From: Mobula hypostoma
Lineage: Eukaryota
Direction: 5' to 3'
Assembly: GCF_963921235.1 (NCBI RefSeq)
Contig: NC_086097.1
Coordinates: forward strand, 205,408,001 to 205,472,000
Length of the DNA: 64,000 nt
The position numbers and the translations under genes are program-made. The notes under the pieces were generated by a model. The model did no database searches. It saw nothing but the letters and a program-made list of their open reading frames with translations, and was not told where the DNA came from. Position 1 is the stretch's first letter, and the number at the start of each line of letters is the position of its first letter. This document shows, in pieces, positions 49,960 to 62,734 of the stretch.

Positions 49960-50730
49960 GATGGGTGCTCAGACACCGCAGCCTCTCTGCAATTGCTGCA
50001 ATTGTTTGTTATTTATGTCTTCTTTTTTTAACCTTCACAAGACACTACTGGATATTACAAACATCAAGCAGGTCTACTCCATTGCAAGTTGCTGCATGGC
50101 ATTGGAGCGAGACATGCTGCGCACCATGTTGCAGCTTGCTTCAGCCAGCCAGGGATGAAGCATCGAAGGCGGTGCGCAAAAGCAGTGCTCAATCCAACAC
50201 ACTGTGGAATTGTCTTGGAAGCTTTTCTTGTGATTTCAAGAAACTGCTGGACACTGGTAATGTAGAATACTGCGTGTCCCATCTAGACAAGGCCCTTACG
50301 TTTGGCATCACCTGTGAAGGGATTCCAGAGTTGGCTGTGTGCCACTGGATTCTGCAGAGGGCTGGGGCTGGCCCCTTCCATTGGTTCTCCCCTCCAGTTT
50401 TCGGTCCCGGGAAGGCAAGCTGGACTGCGTTCACGTGCAGCTGTAACTGCGCGAGATGAGGAACTGCTGCGACTTGTTCTTGCGGAAACGTGACTCCAGG
50501 ACATCGTCCATGCACCATCCTTCTAAGGCCATGACGCTCAAGAACTTGGGCTATATTTTAATCATTTTTTAATATTTTTTGTTACTGCATGTAATTATAT
50601 GTGCTAGGTATGCTGTGTGCAGTTTGTGTCTGTTGGTACTGTGTTTTGTACTTGACCCCAGAGGAATGCTGTTTCATTTGGTTATATTGACTTTTTATGG
50701 TTGAATGACAATTAAGCTTCAACTTGAACA
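49960..50730 (+). mobile_element. Non-coding retroposon-like repeat with a Rex-like tail
   Basis: GC-rich body ending tggttgaatgacaattaagcttcaacttgaac. Family not identified. Confidence 0.45.
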
Positions 50731-52329
50731 ATCGGGCCCCACAGTATTCGTAATACAGTTAATTATTAAGAGCAAAAGCAAGTTACAAAATAGACATCAT
50801 AAAAAATGAATTGGGAAAGTAATTACAATACTACATTCAGTCTTTTATTGACTCAGGTATTCTGCAATGTGGATTGTTCTCTGAATCAATCCAAAACTCC
50901 ACGTCAAAATATAAAACCGGTAAATTATGTGCTTATCCTGTTTTATTCAGGTGCACGTCTTTAATGTCTTTTTCAATTCCAACAGTTTTACAATGTCGCT
51001 GTGTAACTGAAAGCTTCACAGTTCCTACCTGCAGGCCCTTTATTTGTAGGTCATTTTTTAGCATTACCACCAGTTGCATATCAACAAGGTCATTTATCAA
51101 GTAACCAGTGACTGGCGAGCTGCCAACTCTCCTGGAGATAGATAACTGATTCTAATCAAAATGCATTTTCGGGTGCTGCCATATAGTCTTAGAGAAAGCA
51201 ATGGAGAAAAACAATCTAAAACAGAGATAAAAAAGGAAAAATAATACAAATGGCAAAAATAAAAGAGCTGTGAAAACATATCATAGATTTGAATTCATCA
51301 GAAAGCAGGATAACTCTTTGGGTTAACATTTCGTTGACACATTCTTTAAATATCCAAAGTGATGCAAAAGAATATTTTAAACCATTTTCTTCCAAATTTT
51401 CAAACACACTCATTCACTTCAATCTCAGACATCGCTTCCTGTATTAATAAAATAAATAAGGGCGGGATAGTTTTAATAGTATGGAGAGGTGACTGTTAGA
51501 ACACAAACATCAGAGTTTGAGGTTTCAAAGACAGGACCTATTACACCATTGGTTTATCTGCTGGGTTTCAATGCACTAGAAAGAGTTTAAATAGTAAATT
51601 TCAGGCAGATTATGAAAAGTGCAGCAGCATCATAGCAATTAAAAAATTATCATAGATTGGGTTTGGAAAAGTGGAAGTGGCAAAGAAGGATCTCGAATCC
51701 TGAAATGAGGACAGGGAAAGTACTCTGTGCCCATCAAGAAGAGAGGCAATGTACATCTAGTACTGTGGAATCAAGTGAGGCTTGTTTCAGTAGGAGACTC
51801 TTTAGTGAGCAGTATGTAATATATTTTGGAGAAAGACAAGGAATAATTAAGTGTAATCTTATTGAAATTGTAAAGCTATATGCTTTAGGTGGATTGGAAT
51901 CAAAAATTAGTTACCGTGATCATAAATGAAAAATGGGAGACCAGCAAAGAAAATGTAGTTCAGAAACCACAAGGTTTACATCTAGAGCTTTTTGAATGGA
52001 AACAGATAAGAGGTAAAGAAAGGAAATGTGATAAATATGAATTACATAATAAGAAAGAGATCCCCACCCCCAAGTTGCATATGGTAACAAAAAAATATGA
52101 GGAAAGACTGGGGGCAAAATAAGAAGGAAAGAAAAATTTATGACATCTAAGCAACAAATTCCAGTCAAAAGAAAATGCTAATAATTAGGATCCAAAAGAA
52201 ATAAGTGAATTTATAATTGAGGATGATGGGGCCAAATTGCAGATTTCTAGAAATTAGGTTCAGTCCTTCATTGTGCATAAGAAGTTCTGTGTATAATGCT
52301 AGTACTCTCGTGAATCTCCGAAAAATATT

Positions 52330-52570
52330 TGTAAATTCATTCATTCAGAGGTACAATATGGTAACAGACCTTTCCAGCCCAACAAGCCCATGCTGCCCAA
52401 TTACACTCCTGTGACCAATTAATCCACTGATCGGTCTGCCTTTGCGATGTGAGAGGGAACCAGAGCACTCAGAGGAAATGCACGCAGTCACGGGAGGAAC
52501 GTACAAGCTCCTTATAGACAGCAGCAGGAAGTGAACCAGGATCACTGGCATTGTAAAGCGTTGTGTTGTC
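52330..52570 (-). mobile_element. V-SINE
   Basis: Reverse complement of gttcctcccgtgactgcgtgcatttcctctgagtgctctggttccctc. Confidence 0.7.
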
Positions 52571-53239
52571 GCTAAGTTAATTTTAAAATTACCCACTTAT
52601 AAAATTGGATTAAAACATACGTTTGTAGTTGAAGTATCATTCCTGTGCTGACCAGTCAGTGGTCAGTGTTTGAAATAATTCACTCCATAGCAGCCACAGT
52701 ACAGGGACAGAAATACTTGCAGAAAGTGAAGCAAACGGAGGACAGAGAGCTCTCTTTTTGGTGTCAAGGCATCATCCATGTTCTGCTTCTGATAAATCAA
52801 TTGGCTTGTTCTAAGTGCCCCTAAGGCCACTGTAAGATGCAGGCTGATCAACAGACCAGAGCTTGCAGTATACATGCGTAAAGTGGTCTGAACAAAGAAG
52901 CCGCAATCAGCAAGAGAGCAACAGCAATTTATTCCCTATGATGCTAACAACTGAATTCTGAAGTTCTCAGTTTTTCTGTACAAGATTTTGATGTCAAAGA
53001 GCAAATCCTTAAATCCGAGTATGGCCTTTGAAGGGATTCAACATTTTTAATATCATCTTAAATCTACCTTTTCCATTTTGATTAGTCGTAGCCCAAAGAT
53101 TCCCATAGGTCAGTGAGAATATTACAACTAATCAAGGAGGCTCTGGAAACATGGTGCTTTTCTGAAGGAGTTCACAGAAGAACATTTGTTCTGCGAGTCT
53201 GCATTTTGAACAGTTAAGCTCCATTAGAACCACCAGGTC

Positions 53240-53860
53240 ACAAACGGGAGAAAACATAAGCCTGAAAGCACACAGCTGGGTATGCAGCATCAATATGAGA
53301 GGAAACTGAATCAATGTTTTGGACCAAGGATCCTTCATCAGAATTGGACAAATTAGCAATGCGTTATATTTCCACCTATTGAAAATTCGAAAAGAATGTC
53401 TGTGTTATGGTGGCAACCAAAATTGTCAAGGAAATAATTAGATTAAAAACTAGCAAGCAGAGACAAAAAAAATCACAACAAAGAATAAAGAAACCCAAGA
53501 AAGACTGCGGACGCTGGAAACCTGGAGAAACACATACCAAACGCTGGAGAAACTGAGTACTGACCAAATACTTCCACTGTTCATTTCCCTCTATAGATTA
53601 CCTGCTGAGTTCTTCCAGCATTTTATGCATGTTGTTGCAAAAACAAAGAAACAAAATGAAAGAGAGAGGTGCAACTACACCAACAGAGAAAGGGAGAATA
53701 AACAGAGCAATTACAAGAAACTATTTGTCTTAATGAAGGGTCATTGTCTGAAATGTTGACTGTTTATTCACTTCCATAGATGCTTCCTGACCTGCAAAGT
53801 TCGGCCAGCATTTGTAAGTGTTACCCTGGATTTTTAGCATATGCAGGATCTTTTGAGTAT
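53240..53860. mobile_element. Cluster of decayed PLE-tail units with two degenerate hammerheads (about 53307-53346 minus, 53727-53762 plus)
   Basis: CTGATGAAGGATCCTTGGTCCAAAACATT on the minus strand. gtcTTAATGAAGGGTCATTGTCTGAAATGTTgactg on the plus strand. Confidence 0.65.
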
Positions 53861-54249
53861 AAGTTTTATGAAACTGATGGCATGGGTAGTGTCATAAAGC
53901 ATAGAGCCATAGAAAAGTGCAACAGAAAAACAGGCCCTTAGGCCCATCTAGTCCATGCTGAACCATTTAAACTGCCTACTCCCATTGACCTACACCCGGA
54001 ACATAGCCCTCGTATTCCTACCATCCATGTGCTTATCCAAACTTCTATTAAACTTTGAAATCAAGCTTGCATGCACTACTTGTGCTGGCAGCACATTCCA
54101 CACTTTCACAACCTGTCATGTTCCCCTTGAACTTTCACCTTTCACTCTTAAACCATGACCTCTAGTTGTAGTCCCAACCAACCTCAGTGGAAAAATGCTT
54201 GCTTGCATTCTATACCCCTATCATTTTATATACTTCTATAAAATTCTAT

Positions 54250-56700
54250 CTCAGTGGGAGAGCATTTTGGAGATAGTGATCATAATTCTATCTCCTTTAC
54301 AATAGCACTGGAGAGAGATAGGAACAGACAAGTTAGAAAAGTGTTTAATTGGAGTAAGGGGAATTATGAGACGATCAGGCAGGAAATGGGAAGCTTAAAT
54401 TGGGAACAGATGTTCTCAAGGAAGAGTACAGAAGAAATGTGGCAAATGTTCAGGGGATATTTGTGTGGAGTTCTGCATAGGTACATTCCAATGAGACAGG
54501 GAAGTTATGGTAGTGTACAGGAACCGTGGTGTACAAAGGCTGAAATAAATCTAGTCAAGAAGAAAAGAAAAGGTTATAAGAGGTTCAGAGACACAAACAC
54601 GAGGAAATCTGCAGATGCTGGAAATTCAAGCAACACACACACAAAGTGCTGGTGAACGCAGCAAGCCCGGCAACATCTATAGAAAGAGGTACAGTCGACA
54701 TTTTGGGCCGAGACCCTTCATCAGGACTAACTGAAAGAAAGCTGGTAAGAGATTTGAAAGTGGCAGGGGGAGGGGGAGATCCGAAATGATAAGAGAAGAC
54801 AGGAGGGGGAGAGATAGAGCTAAGAGCAGGAAAGTTGATTGGCAAAAGGGATACGAGGCTGGAGAAGGGAAAGGATCATGGGACGGGAGGCCGAGGGAGA
54901 AAGAAGGGGGGGGGGAAGCCCAGAGAATGGGAAAGGAGTTATAGTGAGAGGGACAGAGGGAGAAAAAAGACAGACAAAAAGGGAAAAGGAAAAAAATATA
55001 AATAAATAAATAAATAAGGGAAGGGGTACGAAGGGGAGGTGGGGCATTAACGGAAGTTAGAGAAGTCAATATTCATGCCATCAGGTTGGAAGAAACCCAG
55101 ACAGGATATAAGGTGTTGTTCCTCCAACCTGAGTGTGGCTTCATCTGGGACTGGATGAGATGTAACCCGGGCTACTGTGGGAGGTAAGGGAGGAGATTGC
55201 TGAACCTCTGGCAATGAGCTTTGCATCAACAAGAGGTCGAGAGAGGTTCCAGAGGATTGGAGAGTTGCAGATGTTGTTCCTTTATTAAAGAAAGGGAGTA
55301 GAGATAGCCCAGGAAATTACAGACCAGTGAGTCTTACTTCAGTGGTTGGTAAGTTGATGGAGAAGATCCTGAGAGGCAGGATTTATGAACATTTGGAGAG
55401 GTATAATATGATTAGGAATAGTCAGCATGGCTTTATCAAGGGCAGGTCATGCCTTACGAGCCTGATTGAATTTTTTGAACATGTGACTAAACACATTGAT
55501 GAAGGAAGAGCAGTAGATGTAGTGTATATGGATCTCAGCAAAGCATTTGATAAGGTACCCCATACAAGGCTTATTGGGAAAGTAAAGAGGCATGGGATCC
55601 AAGGGGACATGGCTTTGTGGATCCAGAACTGGCTTGCCCACAGAAGACAAAGAGTGGTTGTAGACGGGTCATATTCTGCATGGAGGTCGGTGACCAGTGG
55701 TGTGCCTCAGGGATCTGTTCTGGGACCCTTACTCTTCATGATTTTTATTAATGACCTGGATGAGGAAGTGGAGGGATGGGTTAGCAAGTTTGCTGATGAC
55801 ACAAAAGTTGGAGATGTTGTGGATAGTGTGGAGGGATCTCAGAGGTTACAGCGGGACATTGATAGGATGCAAAACTGGGCTGAGAAGTGGCAGATGGAGT
55901 TTAACCCAGATAAGTGTGAAGTGGTTCATTTTGGTAGGTCAAATATGATGGCAGAATATAGTTTTAATGGTCAGATGCTTGACAGTGTGGAGGATCAGAG
56001 CGATCTTGCGGTTCGAGTCCATAGGATGCTCAAAGCAGCTGCGCAGGTTGACTCTGTGTTTAAGAAGGCATATGGTGTATTGGCCTTCTTCAATCGTGGA
56101 ATTGAATTTAGGAGCTGAGAGGTAATAGTGCAGCTGTATAGGACCCTAGCCAGACCCCACTTGGAGTACTGTGCTCAGTTCTGGTCGCCTCACTACAGGA
56201 AGGATGTGGAAACCATAGAAAAGGTGCAGAGGAGATTTACAAGGATGTTGCCTGGATTGGGGACCATGCCTTATGAGAATGGGTTGAGTGAACTTGGCCT
56301 TTTCTCCATGGAGCGACGTAGGATAAAAGGTGACCTGATAGAGGTGTATAAGATGATGAGAGGCATTGATCGTGTGGATAGTCAGAGTCTTTTTCCCAGG
56401 GCTGAAATGGTTGCCACAAGAGAACACAGGTTTAAGGTGCTGGGGAGTAGGTACAGAGGAGATTTCAGGGGTAAGTTTTTTACTCAGAGAGTAGTGAGTG
56501 TGTGGAATGGGCTGCCGGCAACCGTGGTGGAGGTGGCTATGATAGGGTCTTTTAAGAGACTTTTGGATAGGTACATGGAGCTTAGAAAAACAGAGGGCTA
56601 TGGGTAAGCCTAGTAGTTTTGAAGGTAGGGACATGTTCGGCACAACATTGTGGGCCGAAGGGCTGTATTGTGCTGTAGATTTTCTATGTTTCTATGTTTC
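54250..56700 (+). mobile_element. CR1 LINE ORF2 to 3' tail, same subfamily as 12124-14700
   Basis: GEHFGDSDHNSI, NYRPVSLTSVVGK, DLSKAFDKV, GVPQGSVLGPLLF, KFADDTK, RPHLEYCAQFWSP, ctatgtttctatgtttc tail. Confidence 0.95.
54590..55146 (-). mobile_element. PLE 3' end nested in CR1, with a G12-mutated hammerhead (54692-54729)
   Basis: DEATLRLEEQHLISCLG..QPDGMNIDFSNFR, UTR very similar to 3700-4095, core CTGATGA-A-GGGT(CTCG)GCCC-AAAA-TG-TC. Confidence 0.9.
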
Positions 56701-57364
56701 AAATCTGCCCTCTATCTCTGTGTTCCAAGGAATAAAGTCCGTATCTATTCAATCTTTCCTTATAACGCAGATCCTCCAGTCCTGGCAACATCCTTGTAAA
56801 TTTTCACTGTACTCTTTCAACCTTATTTACATCTTTCCTGTAGGTTGGTGACAAAAACTACACGTAACACTCCAAATTAGACCTCACCAACATCTTACAC
56901 AACCTCTACATAACATCCTATCTCCTGCACTCAATCCTTTATGAAGGCCCATGTGCCAAAAGCTTTCCTTACAACCCTATTTATCTGTGCGAGCACTTGC
57001 AATAAATTAAGGGCCTGCATTGCCACACATCTTTGTTCTACAGCACTCCTCAGTGCCCCACTGTTCACAAATTTACAAATATCAGATGGGCCATGTGGTG
57101 AGAAACGTAACTTTGTTCGAGCTGGGAGAAAAGTGCTTGGGAATAGATGTACAGGAAGTAGAGGAGGCATTTTTGGGTGTCTTGTTAACTATACTAAAGA
57201 GAAAAACAATTAAGGAGAAAAGGAAGATATATTTAAAGGTTGGTGTGGAAGTTCTTGTAAGAAGAACAAATCTGGAGAAATTGAGAGAAAGAAATGAAAT
57301 TCTTGCAGGAAACAGGATGGGAAGAAATTTAGTTAATAGTTGTGGGTGTTGGTGCCCTATAGTA

Positions 57365-57690
57365 GGTCAGTACAGTAGCATTGTGGTTAACAATACACTT
57401 CACAACACCAGCGATCAGAAGATCGGGGCTCAGTTCCCACCACTGTTTGTAAGGAATTTGTACATTCTCTCCGTGACTGTGTGGGTTTGCTCAGGGTGCA
57501 CTGGTTTCCTCACATCTTCCAAAGATGTACAGATTACGTTAGTGAGCTATGGACATGTTATGTTGCCAGCAAAGGTATGGCGACAATTGCAGGCTGCACT
57601 CAACACATCCTCAGACCGTATTGGTCATTGATGCAAACAACACATTTCACTGTATGTTTCAATGGCTTGATGTACATGTGACAAATAATG
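57365..57690 (+). mobile_element. V-SINE
   Basis: tgtaaggaatttgtacattctctccgtgactgtgtgggtttgctcagggtgcactggtttcctcacatcttccaaaga. Confidence 0.75.
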
Positions 57691-57929
57691 CCTTTTGCTT
57701 TAATTTTTAGGTATTGGAAGTGAACCTGTTCTTTGAGGTGCCAAGTAAAGGAAGGGAAGAGTCAAGTGTGGACCATGTGATAATTGTAAATTTGTTCATT
57801 ATTGACACATGTACCAAGGTACAGTTACAAAATTTGTTTTACATGCCATCAGTACAGGTTATTTCATCACATCAGTGCACTGAGGTGGTACAAAGGAAAA
57901 CAATAACACAATGCAGAATAAAGTGCTAC

Positions 57930-58230
57930 ATTAAGGGCTGAAATGGCTAGCATGAGAGGGCATAGTTTTAAGGTGCTTGGAAGTAGGTAGTGAGGAAATG
58001 TCAGGAGTAAGTTTTTTTACACGGAGAGTGGTGAGTGCGTGGAGTGGGCTGCCGGTGGAGGTGGTGGAGGCAGATATGATAGGGTATTTTAAGAGACTCT
58101 TAGATAGGTACATGGAGCTTAGAAAAATAGAGGGCTATGGGTAAGCCTAGATAGTTCTAAGGTAAGGACAGCTTTGTGGGCCAAAGGGCCTGTATTGCGC
58201 CGTAGGTTTTCTACGTTTCTATGTTTCTAT
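57930..58230 (+). mobile_element. CR1 3' end
   Basis: Very similar to 56395-56700. Confidence 0.85.
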
Positions 58231-58479
58231 TTATAGAGAAAGTATCATGATGGTAGATATTAAGGTGCAAAGCCATAATGAAATAGACTGTGAGATCAAG
58301 GTTCTATTCTTTTCATAACAGGGAACATTCCTTAGTCGTATAACAGCAGGATGGAAGTTAATCTTGAGCCAGATATATGGGTTTTCAAGCTTTTGTATCT
58401 TCTGTCAGCAAGAAAAGAAAAAGTTCTGGGTCTTTGATTTTTTTTAGATGCTTTACATGAAACATAGGAGAGTAGAGCG

Positions 58480-61400
58480 CAAGAGCATCCATTCAGCATA
58501 CAATGTTGTGCCAAACCAATTAAAAAGCAAATCAAAAACACACATAAACTAATTCCTCTTACATACACAATGTCCATATCCTACATTCTTCGCATTCATG
58601 TAAATATCTATATACCTCTTAAAAGCCTCTAATGTATTTGCCTCTACCACCACACCAGGGAGCGTATTCCAGGCATCCAGCACTCTCTGGGTAAAAAACT
58701 TATCCATCACATCCCCTTTGAACCTAACCACTCTCAACTTCAATGCATGCCTCTGGTATTAGACATTTCAACCCCAGGATATTCAGTGTCTACTCTACCT
58801 ATGCCTCTCATAATCTTATAAACCTCCATCAAATGTCACCTCAGCCTCTCCACTCCAGAAAAAGCAACCCAAATTTATCCAGCCTTCTAAACCAGGCAGA
58901 ATCCTGGTAAACCTCTTATGCCCTCTCTCCAAAGCCTCAACATCCTTCCTATAGTGGGGCCACAGAACTATATACAGTACTCTAGATGTGGCCTAGCCAG
59001 AGTTTAATAAAGTTGCAACATAACCTCTTGACTTTTGAACTCAGTGCCTTAACTAACAAAAGCAAACATTCTTTAAGCCTTCTTAACTGCCCTGTCGACC
59101 TGTGTAGCCACTTTCAAGGAGCTATGAACATGGATTCCCAAGATCTCTCTGCTGAGCAACACTGTTAAGGATCTTGCTCTTAGGAGTGTACTATCTCCTT
59201 GCATTTTCCCTATCAAGGTGCAACACCTCACATTTACCTGGGTTAAGCTCCATTTGCCATTTCTCAGCCCATATCTGCAACTGATCTATATCACGCTGTA
59301 TAACCTGCCAGACTTCTACACAACTCCACAAATCACCACTGCTTTATCCATGTTAGAATCTTTCATGTAATACCATGAGCAGCCTCATGTGTAGCACTTT
59401 GTCAAAGGCCTTATGGAAATCCAAGTACACAACATCCACCAATTCACCTTTGTCTAGCCTGCTTGTTATTTCTTCAAAGAATTCAAACAGATTTGTCAGC
59501 TAAGATTTTTCCTTGAAGAAACCATGCTGTCTATGGCTAATTTCAACATGTGCCTCCAAGTACCCTGAGACCTCGTCCTTAATAATCGACTCCAGCAGCC
59601 CTGAATCACTGAGGTCAAACTAACTGGCCTATATTTTCTATTCTTCTGCCTTTCTCCCTTCTTGAGGAGTGGAGTGACATTTGCAATTTTCCAGTCTTTA
59701 GGGACCATTCCAGAACCTAGTAATTCTAGAAACCTCATTACTAATGCTTCCACAATCTCTTCAGTCACTTCTTCCAGAACACTGGCGGGTACACCATCTG
59801 GTCCAGGTGACTTATTTACCTTAAGAAATTTCATTTTCCCAAGGTCTTCTCTCTAGAAATGGTAACTTCACACACTTCATGACCCCTGACACCTGGAACT
59901 TCTACCGTACTGGTAGCACCTTTCACAGTGAAGGTGGATGCAGAATACTTACTCTGTACTTCCACTATTTCTTTGTCCCTCATTGCTGCCTCTCCAGCAT
60001 CATTTTCCTGCAGTCCAATATTCACTTTCACCTCCTATTTACACTCCTTGTATCCTCTAATATTATTGGCTAGCTTAATTTATATTCCATCCTTTCCTCC
60101 TTAATGTCTTTCTTAGTTGCCTTCAATTGTTTTTTTTTAAGCTTCCCAATCCTCTAACTTCCCAATAATTTTTACACTATTATATCCGCTCTCTTCGGTT
60201 TTTACATTGGCTTCAACTTCACTTGTTAGCTACAGTTGTGTCACATTGCCTTTAGAATACCTCTTCCTCTTTGGAATATATACCTGCACCTTCCGAATTG
60301 ATTCCAGAAATTTCAGATATTGCAGTCCTGCTGTTATCCCTGCCAGTGTTCTTTTCCAGTCAACTGTTCAAGGACCCAGCAATCTCATCTCTTGCCTCCT
60401 TCAATTACCTGGGATAAATATCAGGCCCTGGGGACTTATCCAGCTCAGTACTTATTATGAGGCTCAACACTTCCTTGTCCTTGACCTCTAAACACCCTCA
60501 CATATTTATACTCTCAGCACTGTTCTCTTGGTCCTCCGTATACTTTTTTCTTGGTAAATACTGAAGCAAAGTACTCATTAAGTGCCTCACTCGCATCCTC
60601 TGTATCCAAGCAAATACTCCCTCTTTTATCCTTGAGTAGTCATACCCTCTCCCTAGTTATCTTCTTGCTTTTGAAGTGTGTAGGGAAAGCCTTGGGATTT
60701 ACCTTAATCCTACTTGCCAAGGATTTTTCATGGCCCCCTCCTAGCTTTCCTAATTCCCTTCTTTAGTTCTTTTCTGGCTTTTTTGTACTCCTCATGTACT
60801 CCTGTTTGATCCTAACTTCTGAAACTTTACGTACTTTTCCTTTTTCTTCCTGACTAAATTCATCACTTCTCCAGACATCTAAGGTTCTCTTATCTTTCCA
60901 TCCCTGTCCTTCCTTTGAACAGAAAAATACCTTTCCTCTACTCTGTACAATTAATCTCTAAACACCACTCACATTTCTGATGTGAACTTGCCAGAAAAAA
61001 AGATGTCCCCAATTAACTCTTCTTCGTTCCTGCCTAAGGCTCTCTTTTGCCCTACACCAATTTAAAACTCTCCAACAAGGACCACTCCTATCCCTACATA
61101 TAGCTATCTTGAAATTTAAGTTGTCGTGATCATTATTCTCTAACTGTTCATTCAATGAAAGGTCAGTCACCTGACCAGGCTCATTACCCAACACTGTCTC
61201 CTCTAAACACCTTGCACTAAGAAGTCCCAGTTTATATTAGGGAAGTTGAATTCCCACAACAACCCTATTCTTTTTATGCATTTCCTTAATCTGATTGCAT
61301 ATCTGTTCCTCAATGTCCCGGTGGCTATTTGGGGGGTCTGTAGTACAATCCTATCAATGTGATTGCACCCTTACTATTCCTGAGTTCTACCCAAATAGAC

Positions 61401-62040
61401 TCAGTGTCGGAACCCTCCATTATGTCTCCCCTGAGTGCAGCTGTGATATTGTCCCTGATTAATAGTGCAACTTCCCTGCACCATTTACTTCTTTCGCTAC
61501 CCTTTCTAAAACGTTAAAATCTGGTACATTAATCACCAATTCCTGCCCCTCTCTCAACCAAGTTTCAGTAATGGCTACAACATCATATTCCACGTATTGA
61601 TCCATGCTCTAAATTCATCACCTTTACTCATAATACTCCTAGCATTAAACTATACCCACTTCAAGTGATATGACCCATCATATCTGTTATTTACCTGACA
61701 TCTCCCTTCTCGTCTGATCCTTCACTTACTGACCTGGTGCTCCTGTTCCCAGTTCCCCACTAAGCTAACTTAAGTTCTCCCGAACAGCATTAGCAAACTT
61801 CCTGGCCAGGACATTGGTTCCCCTCCAGTTCAAGTGCAACCTGTCCCTTTTGTAAAAGTCACCATTTCACCAGAAAAAGTTCCAATAATCTAAGAACTTG
61901 AAACCCTGTCCCCTGCACTATTTCCTCAGCCACTCATTCATGTGTGGTATCACCCCATTCCTACCTGAGCTAGCCAGTAGCAGTGGTAGTAATCCAGACA
62001 TTACTACCTTGGAGGTCCTTCTCTTTAGTCTCTTTCCTAA
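58480..62040 (-). mobile_element. Composite of degraded CR1 ORF1-end, endonuclease, RT and 3' pieces
   Basis: KFFTQRVLDAWNTLP, KSPGPDGV..PKDWKIANVTPLLKKG..YRPVSLTSV, LGNEPGQVTDLS. At least two elements are interleaved. Confidence 0.8.
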
Positions 62041-62159
62041 TGTTATCAAGGCAATGAGAATTCCACGGAGGGGAGGCTAGTTTCCATGATGTGCTGAATT
62101 ATTTCCACAACTCTCTGCAGCTTCTTGTGATTCTGGGCAGGGCAGATGCCATGATGCAG

Positions 62160-62725
62160 GGCAGGAATGGATTCTCAATATTCCTGGATTTCAGTGCTTT
62201 AAAAGGGATAGGGGAGGGGGGGAAGGGGAGGAGGCGTGGTATTACTGGTCAGGGATACTATTACAGCTACAGAAAGGGTGGGTAATGTAGCAGGATCCTC
62301 TTTTGAGTCAGTATGGGTAGAAGTCAGGAACAGGAAAGGAGCAGTTACTCTATTGGGAGTATTCTATAGGCCCCCTGGTAGCAGCAGAGATACCGAGGAG
62401 CAGATTGGGAGGCAGATTTTGGAAAGGTGCAAAAATAACAGGGTTGTTATCATGGGTGACTTTAACCCTAATATTGATGGGCACCTGATTAGTTCTAAGG
62501 GTTTGGACGGGACAGAGTTTGTTAAGTGCGTCCAGGATGGATTCCTGTCACAGTATGTTGATAGGCCGACTGGGGGAATGAAATACTAGATTTAGTATTA
62601 GGTAACGAACCAGGTCCGGACACAGATCTCTCAGTGGATGAGCATCTGTGGACAGTGACCACCACTCCCTGGCCTTCAGCACTATTACGGAAAAGGATAG
62701 AATCAGAGAGGACAGGAAAAGTTTT
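62160..62725 (+). mobile_element. CR1 endonuclease fragment
   Basis: ESVWVEVRNRKGAVTLLGVFYRPP...MGDFN...QYVDRPT. Confidence 0.88.
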
Positions 62726-62734
62726 AAAAATTAT

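Larger units (their letters stand above)
53900..57065 (-). mobile_element. Older CR1 3' fragment (53900-54245 and 56700-57065) split by a younger CR1
   Basis: The two pieces are collinear with 22965-23690, and the break falls at ...tctat/aaatct... Confidence 0.75.

Noticed and set aside
52715..52890. Minus-strand exon candidate (TTLRMYTASSGLLISLHL...)
   Set aside because: Good acceptor but weak donor (caa|gtattt) and no recognisable protein.
57020..57631. 203-aa ORF
   Set aside because: Chimeric read-through of CR1 antisense, unique purine-rich DNA and a V-SINE.
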